Of a DNA stretch of 52,886 nt, positions 44,003 through 52,771 are shown piece by piece. The stretch covers positions 1-52,886 of IMG/VR virus record IMGVR_UViG_3300025875_000037. The stretch is one strand, 5' to 3'. The notes below the pieces were generated by a model that was not told the origin of the DNA, searched no databases, and was given only the letters and a program-made list of their open reading frames with translations. Within the stretch, counting starts at the first letter, position 1. Every line of letters begins with the position of its first letter. This DNA comes from a virus (lineage: Duplodnaviria > Caudoviricetes). The translations under genes were made by a program, and so were the position numbers.

Positions 44003-46741
44003 GTGGCGCTGCCCGATGTCTTCAACACCCGTGGGGTCTATGACGACTTCATCGACCTGCTGGGTCGCCCGGCGCTCGGTGAGGCGCGGTTCGCGTCGCA
44101 CGTGACGCGATGGACGACGCTGGACGGGCCGAGCATCCTCGCGGTCGACATCGTGGTCCCGATCATCACCACGCAGACGATCTTCGTGCGGCCGGACGGC
44201 AGCGAGCAGACCCTTACGACCGGGCGGTTCTCAGTCGACCTGCCGCTCTCGGTGGACCCGGACATCGTGCAGGAGGACACCTACACGGTCACCCTGTCGC
44301 TCATCGACGGGGACGGCAAGCTGCGCCGACAGGACCCGTACGACATCAAGCTCGTGGCGGGGGACGGGCAGCCGGTCCGGCTCCGGAACCTGGCGCCCGC
44401 CGGGCCGGTCGACCCGACCGTGGCCTATCTGACGGACGCGATGCTGCTGGAGGCGGTGTCGGGCAAGGCGGACATCGGGACGGTGCAGGCCATCGAGGGC
44501 CGCGTGAGCGTCCTGGAGGACGGCGGTGACGGTTTGACGCTGGAGCAGGCTGACGCGGTCTACCAGCGGCTGAGCATCGGCGTGGACGCCGACACGGGCG
44601 AGGCGTACTTCGACCCGGCGGGCGCGGACGCGGGCGAGGTTGCGGCGGTCGTCATCGAGGACGGCCTGCCCGCCGTCGTGGCGCCGGGGTCGGACAGCCG
44701 CATGGTGCTGGAGACGGAGCCGCACGCTAGGGCGACTTCTGATGCGCTCCAGGCCGAGGTCGACGCCAAGGTGCCGCTGCCCGCCGCTGCTCGGAACCCC
44801 CTCACGGGCAAGTTCCACCTCGACGGCTTCGGCGTCGACCGCACCGGGGCGACGGACTGCACGGCGGCCTACCAGGCGGCCGTGGACGCCGCGGTCGCGG
44901 TCGGCGGTGTCGTGTACGTCCCGGCCGGCACCTACAAGCACGGCCGGATCGACCTGTCGAACACCGCCGGGCTCGGGATCGAGTACGCCCCGCACGGCCA
45001 GGCCACCACGGTCCCTGTCGGCAGCGCGACCATCGACCACCTGTTCGGCAACACCGGAGCGGTGAAGTCCCTCGACATCGACGGGCTCGCCGTACGCGGC
45101 GCGGTCGTTGACGACGTGACCGGACCCCGCCGGGGGCGCACCTACATCGGCGCGCAGATCAACGCGGCCCTCATCATCAACGGCGACCGCGTGCCCGGCG
45201 GCGGCTACCCCGTTGCCAGCGACGTCCGCATCACCCGGGCACGCATCAGGGGCACTTCCAGCCTGCCGATCCTCCTGCGAGGCGTCCGGGGCGTCGCGAG
45301 CATCCAGGACTCGCTGTTCGAGCTCACCATGGACGTCGGCTGGACCTTCTGCGAGCGGGTGGTGTGCACCGGCAACACCTCGCTCAAGTCGGCCGACAAC
45401 GGCTTCTCCATGTCCCGCGGCAACAGCAACGTCACCTGCTCGAACAACTACGTCTCGGACTGCGCCTACAACGCCTACTTCGCGGCCGGCTTCCTCAGCG
45501 ACAAGGGCCCCCAGCACATCACCATCACGGGGAACGTCGCCCGCAGCACCGGCAACTCCGGCATCTACCTCGACATGGCCGCCAAGCACGCCACGATCAC
45601 CGGCAACGACCTCGACGGTGGCTACTACCGGGGCGGCTCCGACGGCCCTACGGACGCGCTCTGCACCGGCATCTTCCTCGGCGGCTACCCCGACACCGCC
45701 CGCAGCGCCCCGACCGACTGGGGCGAGGGCATCGTCGTCAGCGGCAACCACGTCCGGGGCTACCCGCGAGCCGGGATCTTCGGCACGGGCCTCCGGCGGG
45801 TCCTCATCGTCGGCAACAAGATCGATGACATCGGGACGCAGTACCTCGCAGACGGCACCACCCCGATCAGCGCCGCCGACCAGACCCAGAACGTGGCCGT
45901 CCTCATCGACAACGCCACCACCAGCAGCGACGTGTACGTCGCCAACAACCACTGCACCGACGGGCGCACCACGCCCTACATGAACTACTCGATCGTGCCG
46001 GTCGGCAGCTCGGCGGTGCAGTCCTCGTACAACACGATGGTCGGCGCCCGGAACGCCTACAACCTCTCCGAGACCGGGCCGACGCGCAACATCACCTACG
46101 GCATGGTGTTCAGCCAGAACACCAAGCACACCGCCGGAGGCACCGCTGGCTCCACCGCCGGCACCGGGGCCATCGCGGGCTTCGACATTAACGGCGCCGT
46201 CGGGTCCGTCCGACGTCACAAGATCCAGACCGCCGGGTCGGATCGCTGGCAGTACGGCGCTGACGGCACCGCCGAGTCAGGCAGCAGCGCCGGCACCGAC
46301 TTCGTCGTCAACGCCTACGACGACGCCGGGGCCTTCCTCGCGACGCTGCTGCGCCTGACCCGCAAGCAGGCCGTCACCCTCGGCGTCCAGGGCCAGCCCG
46401 TCACGATCGCGGGCCGCATCGTGTCCGGTGCAGCGGCTGCGACCGTCACCCCGGGGGCGCAGTCGAGCGCGGCCAGCGCGGCCAGCAACGGGGCCAACGA
46501 CACCGCCGGCACCGTCAACGCGACCGCAGGGCCCGCGCCGGGCGCCGGCACGGTCGTCGTGGTCGCCTTCGCCACGGCCTACACCAGCGTGCCGCACGTG
46601 AGCATCACCGCGACCAACCTCGCCACCGCCCAGGCCCGGCCGTACCTGTCCGCCCGCTCGGCCACCGGCTTCACCGTCTCCTGCGAGGTGCCCCCTGCCC
46701 CCGGAGCGGCGCTGCAGCTGGACTACATCGTCGCCGGCTGA
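44003..46741 (+). CDS. tailspike-like protein with a right-handed beta-helix (pectate lyase 3-like depolymerase)
   Basis: 'GATDCTAAYQAAVDAA...VVYVPAGTY'; repeated 'ITGN/VSGN/IVGN' strands. Confidence 0.8.
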   Translation: MALPDVFNTRGVYDDFIDLLGRPALGEARFASHVTRWTTLDGPSILAVDIVVPIITTQTIFVRPDGSEQTLTTGRFSVDLPLSVDPDIVQEDTYTVTLSLIDGDGKLRRQDPYDIKLVAGDGQPVRLRNLAPAGPVDPTVAYLTDAMLLEAVSGKADIGTVQAIEGRVSVLEDGGDGLTLEQADAVYQRLSIGVDADTGEAYFDPAGADAGEVAAVVIEDGLPAVVAPGSDSRMVLETEPHARATSDALQAEVDAKVPLPAAARNPLTGKFHLDGFGVDRTGATDCTAAYQAAVDAAVAVGGVVYVPAGTYKHGRIDLSNTAGLGIEYAPHGQATTVPVGSATIDHLFGNTGAVKSLDIDGLAVRGAVVDDVTGPRRGRTYIGAQINAALIINGDRVPGGGYPVASDVRITRARIRGTSSLPILLRGVRGVASIQDSLFELTMDVGWTFCERVVCTGNTSLKSADNGFSMSRGNSNVTCSNNYVSDCAYNAYFAAGFLSDKGPQHITITGNVARSTGNSGIYLDMAAKHATITGNDLDGGYYRGGSDGPTDALCTGIFLGGYPDTARSAPTDWGEGIVVSGNHVRGYPRAGIFGTGLRRVLIVGNKIDDIGTQYLADGTTPISAADQTQNVAVLIDNATTSSDVYVANNHCTDGRTTPYMNYSIVPVGSSAVQSSYNTMVGARNAYNLSETGPTRNITYGMVFSQNTKHTAGGTAGSTAGTGAIAGFDINGAVGSVRRHKIQTAGSDRWQYGADGTAESGSSAGTDFVVNAYDDAGAFLATLLRLTRKQAVTLGVQGQPVTIAGRIVSGAAAATVTPGAQSSAASAASNGANDTAGTVNATAGPAPGAGTVVVVAFATAYTSVPHVSITATNLATAQARPYLSARSATGFTVSCEVPPAPGAALQLDYIVAG

Positions 46742-46749
46742 CCCGTCGA

Positions 46750-46761
46750 GTAAGGCGGGCT
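46750..46761. repeat. 12-bp direct repeat GTAAGGCGGGCT (second copy at 49081-49092)
   Basis: direct reading; the two copies bracket the SGNH and MTase genes. Confidence 0.6.
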
Positions 46762-46796
46762 ACCCTTCCACTACCTAGACAGATGGGCGAGGCGTC

Positions 46797-48191
46797 TTGA
46801 GTGCAGGCCGGAAAGTCCTAGCGACAGCCGAGTCGGTAGCGTCTGCGGTGACGGCATCAGAGACGGCTGCTAAGGCGACCTCTGAGGCGCTGGAGGCCCG
46901 GGTCCTGCCACTGGAAACGGCGCTGCCGACCCTGGAGACGAGAGCGCACGCGGCCTCGTCGTACGTGACCCCTCGCCGGCCTCGCCTCGCGCACATCGGA
47001 GACTCCAACTCCGAGCTGTACAGCAACCTGGCGATCGTCTCGCCCTACACCAGCGGGCGCTCGCCGCTTGCGTGGGCGAACGCGATGCTCGGTCAGCGCT
47101 TCGACGTCATCGGCCCCTCCGCCACGGACCAGGTGTTCGGCGGGTCCGGGCAGAAGACCTCCGACTGGACGGGCGCGGGCGGGCAGTACGCCGCTGCGCT
47201 CGCAGCCGACGTGGACGGCTACGTCGAGGCGGGCGGCACCAACGATGTCGACAACGGTCTGCTGGCAGTGGACGTCGCTGCCCGCCGGGTCGCGTTCTGG
47301 GACTCCGCGCGTGTCCTCGGGCGCTTCGTCGTCGCCATGACCGTGCCGCCTCTCGCCGCGGGCTACACGGCCGACGAGCGGTCCCAGGTCCGCGAGACGA
47401 ACCGACTCCTCAAGGCGGCAGCGGCGACCCGTCGCGGGGTGTACGTGGCCGACACCTACCCCTGCCTCGTGGTCCCCTCGACCGGCGCGGCCGACCCGGC
47501 GCTGCACGTCGCTGACGGCCTGCACCACAACGCGGCGGGGGGCAGCCGCGCCGGCCGCGTCCTGGCGGACGTGCTCGACAAGGTGCTCCCGCCCACGCAA
47601 AGCGTCGACCATCTCCCACCCGACGACTTCTCCAGCAAGGTCGTCCTCCCCAACGGCTTCATGGTCGGCTCAGGCGGCACGATCAACGGCGAGGGGGCTG
47701 GCAGCGGCACCGTGCCCGCGGGCTGGATCCTCACCGCGAACCAGCCCAGCACCACCGCCGTCGCGTCCGTCGTCCCGTGCACGGACGGCGTGGCCGGCAA
47801 CTGGACGCAGGTGCAGGCGACCGCCGGGAGCGCCACGCCCTGGATCAACGGCTTCCAGCTGCTCGCCCAGGACACCGTGCCCGGTGGCCGCTGGAACGTC
47901 GGGGACACCGTGTACGCGGCGTGCGAAGTCGAGGCGGACGCTGCGGGGTGGGACTGCCGAGGGTTGCAGATCGACGTCAACTGCTTCGGCCCGGGCGCTT
48001 ACGGCGCTGCGCTGTTCGACGCCTCCGCGACCCGGGCGACCGTCACCACTCCGATCATCCGGCCGTCCCGGCTCGTGCTCGTCTCTCCGCGGCTGGTCGT
48101 GCCGGCGGGGACCACCCGCCTGCAGGCTCGCTTCCTGTTCCACGGAGGTGGGACGGTGCGCGTCAGACGCTGCAACGTCATCCGCGCCTGA
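46797..48191 (+). CDS. SGNH/GDSL hydrolase (esterase) with a C-terminal beta domain; start uncertain
   Basis: 'IGDSNS', 'GGTND', 'DGLHHN'. Confidence 0.8.
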   Translation: MSAGRKVLATAESVASAVTASETAAKATSEALEARVLPLETALPTLETRAHAASSYVTPRRPRLAHIGDSNSELYSNLAIVSPYTSGRSPLAWANAMLGQRFDVIGPSATDQVFGGSGQKTSDWTGAGGQYAAALAADVDGYVEAGGTNDVDNGLLAVDVAARRVAFWDSARVLGRFVVAMTVPPLAAGYTADERSQVRETNRLLKAAAATRRGVYVADTYPCLVVPSTGAADPALHVADGLHHNAAGGSRAGRVLADVLDKVLPPTQSVDHLPPDDFSSKVVLPNGFMVGSGGTINGEGAGSGTVPAGWILTANQPSTTAVASVVPCTDGVAGNWTQVQATAGSATPWINGFQLLAQDTVPGGRWNVGDTVYAACEVEADAAGWDCRGLQIDVNCFGPGAYGAALFDASATRATVTTPIIRPSRLVLVSPRLVVPAGTTRLQARFLFHGGGTVRVRRCNVIRA

Positions 48192-48207
48192 GTCGCTCGC
48201 CGGGCCG

Positions 48208-48846
48208 CTACGTGCGTGCGGCGGTAAGGATCATCGTCTTCGCGAGTGCGGGCACGCGGCCGATGCGGTCGAACGAACTGGGCCGGTAGCCGCACTCGAC
48301 CGCCATCTCCTCCAGCGTGCTGCGGGAGAAGAACTTGATGTGCCCGTAGTCCCAGGACGGGCGCCAGTGGAAGTCGTACTTGTTGGTGACGGCCAGCGCC
48401 AGGTTCTTCCAGTAGCCGTGGTACGGCGTGGTGATCACGAGCGTGCCGCCGGGCGCCAGCGCTTCGCTCGCACGAGCGAAGAGCTTGCGCGGCAGGAAGA
48501 GGTGCTCGATCACCTCGGCGGCCAGCACGACGTCGAAGCGGCCACGCAGGTCGGCTGGCAGAGGCTCGTTCACGTCGTGCGTCCCGAACGTCACGTCGGG
48601 GAACGCCAGGGACGCCTGCTCCACGCCCGACTCAGCGTGCTCCAGCCCTGTGCACTGGAAGCCTGCCGCTGCGAGACGCGCGGTCAGCGATCCGTTGCCG
48701 CACCCCACGTCGAGGACCGTGCGCCCGTTCGCCGGTCCCAGCACCTTGAGCAGGGCCGGTAGTAGGTAGCTGTGGTTGTGGGCCGGCCTGGAAGACGGCC
48801 AGATGTACTCGTCAGCGACCCCGTCACGGGCGTTGTTACTCGGCAT
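48208..48846 (-). CDS. class I SAM-dependent methyltransferase (UbiG/Methyltransf_23-like)
   Basis: 'VLDVGCGNG', 'FDVVLAAEVIEHL', 'LAPGGTLVITTP'. Confidence 0.88.
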   Translation of the reverse strand: MPSNNARDGVADEYIWPSSRPAHNHSYLLPALLKVLGPANGRTVLDVGCGNGSLTARLAAAGFQCTGLEHAESGVEQASLAFPDVTFGTHDVNEPLPADLRGRFDVVLAAEVIEHLFLPRKLFARASEALAPGGTLVITTPYHGYWKNLALAVTNKYDFHWRPSWDYGHIKFFSRSTLEEMAVECGYRPSSFDRIGRVPALAKTMILTAART

Positions 48847-48870
48847 GCCGGGCAGTGTGCCCGTCCGCGC

Positions 48871-49047
48871 TCAGCGCGCGGGCGGCGCCTGCACCTGAGC
48901 GAGATGCGCAGCCAACAGCCGCTCCGCGTCCCGGCGGCCGTTCGGCGCAGGGTGCTCGTCGTCGCTTCCGACGCCGCACTCACAGCCCCAGGCCCAACCC
49001 TGCTGCGTCTCCATCAACAGTCGGGGACCGTGCTCGGGCGTCGTCAT
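48871..49047 (-). CDS. hypothetical protein, probably leaderless
   Basis: TACGGT-N7-ATG on the minus strand; 'WGCECG...H'. Confidence 0.5.
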   Translation of the reverse strand: MTTPEHGPRLLMETQQGWAWGCECGVGSDDEHPAPNGRRDAERLLAAHLAQVQAPPAR

Positions 49048-49117
49048 GCCGGGGACCGTACGCACTCCGCCCCCGTCCCGGTAAGGCGGGCTCTCGGCCG
49101 CGCGGTACCGTTGCCCC

Positions 49118-49462
49118 ATGCCGCTGCGCGCAGTCGACCTGGCCTACATCCGGTCCGAGATCGGCCCGGAACCCGCAGACGCCGCCCTGGACGACATCTA
49201 CGCCCGACTGGGCAACAGCGTTCCCGCTGTCCTGCTGGAAGTGCTCCGCGGCCGGATGGCAGCCGTCATCGCCGAACCCGCCGGCTACTCGATCGCAGGC
49301 GTCTACACACAGAACACCCGCCCGGTCGCGTCGATCATCAAGGCGCTCCAGGAGCAGATGGCCCGGATCAGCGCGGCAGCCAGCCCGACCGGCACGCCAG
49401 TCCCGGCAACGGAGACGGTCCTGACCCGCGCCCGCATCGTCCCGCGCCGCCCCCGGCGGTAG
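49118..49462 (+). CDS. head-to-tail adaptor (putative)
   Basis: 'DLAYIRSEIG...DDIYARLG'; size and position; leaderless-type -10. Confidence 0.6.
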   Translation: MPLRAVDLAYIRSEIGPEPADAALDDIYARLGNSVPAVLLEVLRGRMAAVIAEPAGYSIAGVYTQNTRPVASIIKALQEQMARISAAASPTGTPVPATETVLTRARIVPRRPRR

Positions 49463-49464
49463 CC

Positions 49465-49632
49465 GTGCCAGTTCGGCAGGCCGACGACTACGCCGAGCTG
49501 TCACGACGGCTTCTGGCAGCCCGCACTGCTGAGCAGCGGGACGGTCTGCTGGACCTGTGGCTGGAACTCAAGCGGCTGGACGACCCGACCGGCCCTGGAC
49601 CGTGGCCTGACGTGCGAGAGGCCACTCTGTGA
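49465..49632 (+). CDS. hypothetical protein
   Basis: short ORF overlapping the next start. Confidence 0.45.
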   Translation: MPVRQADDYAELSRRLLAARTAEQRDGLLDLWLELKRLDDPTGPGPWPDVREATL

Positions 49633-50591
49633 GCCGATCTGAGTACCCTTATCCCCCGCTGGTGCCGGAGGACCCGTCCACCCTCGCCGCTCGCGTAGCG
49701 GCCAGCCTGGGGCGCGCATGGGACGACGTGCAGCGCCGCTACCAGCAGGTGCTCACATCTGCCAACGACCTACGGCGGGCAGAGACGCTGGCGACGCTGA
49801 CCGAGCTGCGGGAGTCCGTCGAGGCGTTCCAGGCCAAGACGGAGGCATCGGCAGCCCGGCTGCGGGACCGGGACATCCCCGTCCAGTACGCGCAGGGCGC
49901 GCAGCGGGCAGGCGTGCCGTTCCGCTGGACGCAGGTCCACGAGGAGGCCGCGTCGCTGCTGGCAGCCGACTCCTACAACGACCTGCTGGCCCGCTCGCAG
50001 GAGGCTGGCCGCACGTCTGAGCGGTTCGCCCGCGCGATCCGGCAGGCAGCCCGCGACCCCGCCGCTTTCACGGCGACAGGGCGGTACACGTCGGTGCAGG
50101 CAGGCCGCCTGCTGTCCGAGCGGCTGTCCGCGCAGGGCCTGAGCGTGGTCACGTACGCCAACGGGGCGCAGGTCCCAATGGGGGCTTATAGCCAGATGAC
50201 CGTGAGGACCAAGGCGGCAGTCGCGCAGAACACGGGGGCGCTCAACCGCTACAGCGAGCTAGGCGTGCGCTACGTCGAGGTATTTGACGGGGCGCAGTGC
50301 GGGCTTAGCCGTCACGACGACCCCGACCGGCCCAACGGCACTGTACGTCCCATCGCGGAGATGGCAGCCAACCTTCTCAGCCACCCGCAGTGCCGCAGGA
50401 GCCTGGGCGCCCGTCCTGACATCACCTCCGACCTTGATGCCCGACTGGCAGAGCCGTCCACGACGGCAGAGCAGCGGCTGGACCAGGCGGCGTCGGAGCA
50501 GGCGCAGGCCCGTCGTCCCGCACGACGGGTGGACGCGGCAGCGCGGCGACAGCAGTTGCAGGAGCGCAGGGCTCGACGCACGCAGGTCTAG
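49629..50591 (+). CDS. minor capsid / MuF-like protein
   Basis: 'YSQMTVRTK', 'VEVFDG..C...NG', 'SHPQCRR'. Confidence 0.7.
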   Translation: MSRSEYPYPPLVPEDPSTLAARVAASLGRAWDDVQRRYQQVLTSANDLRRAETLATLTELRESVEAFQAKTEASAARLRDRDIPVQYAQGAQRAGVPFRWTQVHEEAASLLAADSYNDLLARSQEAGRTSERFARAIRQAARDPAAFTATGRYTSVQAGRLLSERLSAQGLSVVTYANGAQVPMGAYSQMTVRTKAAVAQNTGALNRYSELGVRYVEVFDGAQCGLSRHDDPDRPNGTVRPIAEMAANLLSHPQCRRSLGARPDITSDLDARLAEPSTTAEQRLDQAASEQAQARRPARRVDAAARRQQLQERRARRTQV

Positions 50592-50626
50592 GCGCTAGGG
50601 TGGGGGTACACAACTAGTCCTGGAGG
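50573..50626 (+). promoter_or_regulatory. promoter/RBS cassette copy 8
   Basis: TCGACG-N17-TAGGGT-ggggg-TACA, CCTGGAGG (50619), ATG 50632. Confidence 0.7.
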
Positions 50627-50631
50627 ACCGC

Positions 50632-50796
50632 ATGGACACGTTCGAGATCGTGGCCTCGCTTGACGCCATCGGCGACGGTGACCCGGAAGCGGCGCACAGC
50701 GAGGCTGACGCGCTACTGCTGGAGGCGGTGCCAACCGAGGTCGCGCAGGCTTACGAGCGCGTGATCGACAGGCAGGCATGGTGGGCCTGCGCATGA
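50632..50796 (+). CDS. hypothetical 54-aa moron-like protein
   Basis: read manually: 'DPEAAHSEADALL...WWACA'. Confidence 0.65.
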   Translation: MDTFEIVASLDAIGDGDPEAAHSEADALLLEAVPTEVAQAYERVIDRQAWWACA

Positions 50797-51155
50797 CCCC
50801 CGACAACGTCTTCCACGTCCGCGCGGAGGTCGACGCGCACGGTTTTGGCACGGTCGAACTTGACGGGCAGGACGTGAGCGCCAGCCTCGCCGGCATCGAG
50901 ATCGTGGCCCACGGCGGCCACGCCACGACAGTCGTTTTGCACCCGAAGCGGGGCAGCGCCGCCTTCGACGGACCTGCCGTCGTCCAGCAGGCCGTCCCCG
51001 CCGACATGATGGAGCAGTTCGCGCAGATCGTGGAGGCGGCTGACGCTGGCACACTGGAGCGCATGGCGCTGAACCGGCTGGACCTGGAGACAGGCGACCA
51101 CGCGGTGACGCGCGGCGTGCTCAAGGCGCTTGCGGAGCAGATCCGTGGGACCTGA
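50793..51155 (+). CDS. hypothetical protein
   Basis: ATGA overlap. Confidence 0.55.
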   Translation: MTPDNVFHVRAEVDAHGFGTVELDGQDVSASLAGIEIVAHGGHATTVVLHPKRGSAAFDGPAVVQQAVPADMMEQFAQIVEAADAGTLERMALNRLDLETGDHAVTRGVLKALAEQIRGT

Positions 51156-51564
51156 TCTGACGCAGGCCCGCCAGACCGTGGAGGGTCTGATGGACGACAC
51201 CTGTCGCATCGTGGCCGACCCGGCAGGCGTGTCCGACGATCCGATGGACGAACGGACGGGCGAGCTGGTGCCGGTCGACGCGGGCCAGCCGCTGTACGAG
51301 GGGCCGTGCATGCTGACGCCGACCGCGCCGGGCGACGGGACGCCGGAGGCGACTGCGCCGTCTGCCGAGCCGACCGACGCCGCGCGCCAGCGGTACCGGC
51401 TGCTGCTGCCGTTGTCGAGCCCGCCGATCCCCGCCGGAGTGGTCCTGACCGTCATCACGTCCCGTCGTGACCCTGAGCTGCCCGGCGAGCGGTTCCGCGC
51501 CGACTCGGCCGGGCAGGTCAGCACGTTCGCGGTCGCCCGCCAGGTGGGTATGGTGCGGCTGTGA
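51145..51564 (+). CDS. head closure / stopper protein (DUF6093-like)
   Basis: 'LMDDTCRI...LYEGPC...DPELPGERF'. Confidence 0.7.
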   Translation: MGPDLTQARQTVEGLMDDTCRIVADPAGVSDDPMDERTGELVPVDAGQPLYEGPCMLTPTAPGDGTPEATAPSAEPTDAARQRYRLLLPLSSPPIPAGVVLTVITSRRDPELPGERFRADSAGQVSTFAVARQVGMVRL

Positions 51565-51783
51565 CGGATCTGCTGCGAGTGGCTGGAGACCGAGGGGTTG
51601 GACCCGCGCGGGCTGTATGGCGTCGAGGTGGTCGTGCTCGACGGACCGTGCCTACGCCTTCACTCGTTCAAGTTGGACGAGGACGGCACCGTGATGTTGA
51701 GCGAGGACCGCGACGACGTACTACGGCGGGAGCCATACTTGCGCCCGATGCGGGCGCTACCCCCGGGCTGTGTGTTGTGCTAG
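51561..51783 (+). pseudogene. small gene, probably frameshifted near its 5' end
   Basis: the overlap GTG at 51561 is out of frame with the coding-like frame ending at 51783. Confidence 0.3.
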
Positions 51784-51811
51784 GGTTTGGCTACACACTC
51801 AGTCCTGGAGG
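51776..51811 (+). promoter_or_regulatory. promoter/RBS cassette copy 9 (extended -10)
   Basis: TGTGc-TAGGGT-ttggc-TACA, CCTGGAGG (51804), ATG 51818. Confidence 0.7.
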
Positions 51812-51817
51812 GACGAC

Positions 51818-52051
51818 ATGAAGGTATGGGTTCTGTACTACGTAGGAGGTAACTTTCACGTAAAGAGCGTGTTTTCCTCAATGGCTCTGGCGCTTACTTA
51901 CGCGACCAGTTGCCCCCAGGATCTTGCCTACACAGCCGGCCGCCCTGGGAGTCCTCTGTCTGACTGGAATGTCGGTGAGTACGGAGCCTGGTGTGGCGAC
52001 TGGCAGATTGACGCGTTCGACGTTGATTCAGAAGTAGGAGCGACACCTTGA
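51818..52051 (+). CDS. hypothetical low-GC moron protein
   Basis: cassette RBS; visibly AT-richer than flanks. Confidence 0.6.
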   Translation: MKVWVLYYVGGNFHVKSVFSSMALALTYATSCPQDLAYTAGRPGSPLSDWNVGEYGAWCGDWQIDAFDVDSEVGATP

Positions 52052-52221
52052 CGGTGGCCGAGTTGATGCAGTCGCTGTTGGCGATGCCGCAGGATGCCGA
52101 GGTATTGATGGAGGACGAGCCGACAGAGACCCCATCTCTGCGGCAGGAGCAGTGGGTGGACACCTCTGTCGAGGTTCGCCCTGGCATCTTCGGTATCGCG
52201 CGGAACCGAGTGTGGCTATGA
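52048..52221 (+). CDS. hypothetical protein
   Basis: read manually; TTG start; 'MTVAELMQSLLAMPQDAEV'. Confidence 0.55.
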   Translation: MTVAELMQSLLAMPQDAEVLMEDEPTETPSLRQEQWVDTSVEVRPGIFGIARNRVWL

Positions 52222-52601
52222 GCACCCCCCACGACGTAGCCGCCCGCCTGCTGGCGCTTGCTGGCCGCAAGGAGGCCGCCGTCATCGCCACGGTCCGGCT
52301 GCACGCGCTGCTGCTAGAGACGCGGGTCAAGGCGAACGCGTCAGGCCGCCCGGGGCCGCGGGTCATCACGGGCGACTACCGCCGGTCGATCAACTCGCAG
52401 TTCGAGCACACCGCCACTAGTTACGGCGGCACGGTCGGGACGAACGCGCCGCAGGCTCGTCGCTTGGAGAACGGGTTCGTGGGACCTGATCGACTCGGGC
52501 GGGTCTACAACCAGCCGCCGTTCCCGCACTTCGCGCCTGCCCTGACGTCGATCCGCCCGCAGTTCGAGCGCGGGCTGGCACTGGCCCTGGCGACGCCGTG
52601 A
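52218..52601 (+). CDS. HK97 gp10-like neck / tail completion protein
   Basis: 'PRVITGDYRRSI', 'VGTNAPQARRLENG', 'PPFPHFAPA'. Confidence 0.8.
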   Translation: MSTPHDVAARLLALAGRKEAAVIATVRLHALLLETRVKANASGRPGPRVITGDYRRSINSQFEHTATSYGGTVGTNAPQARRLENGFVGPDRLGRVYNQPPFPHFAPALTSIRPQFERGLALALATP

Positions 52602-52771
52602 GTGGGGTGGCGCGTGTGCTGGCTCGCGCGGTGCGGCCGGTGGCTTTTTGGTGCATGTACGCCGCGTTTCGTTGGCACTGGCGGGCGCCGTACATGGTGG
52701 GTACGCGGTTGGCTGCGTGGGCCGCTAAGGCGAACCCCTGTGCTCCGCCGTCGGCGGTGGGTGCGTCGTGA
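52598..52771 (+). CDS. hypothetical 57-aa moron-like protein
   Basis: read manually; GTGA overlaps at both ends. Confidence 0.4.
   Translation: MSGVARVLARAVRPVAFWCMYAAFRWHWRAPYMVGTRLAAWAAKANPCAPPSAVGAS

Noticed and set aside
38031-46219. Long minus-strand ORFs (38031-39710, 44231-46219; also 34488-35795, 5671-6906)
   Set aside because: Antisense shadows of GC3-biased genes with no motifs or RBS.
12956-52771. Five small ORFs of exactly 174 nt (12956, 13126, 33453, 52048, 52598)
   Set aside because: No sequence similarity among them; I was looking specifically just under the 60-aa track cutoff, so this is probably ascertainment bias.
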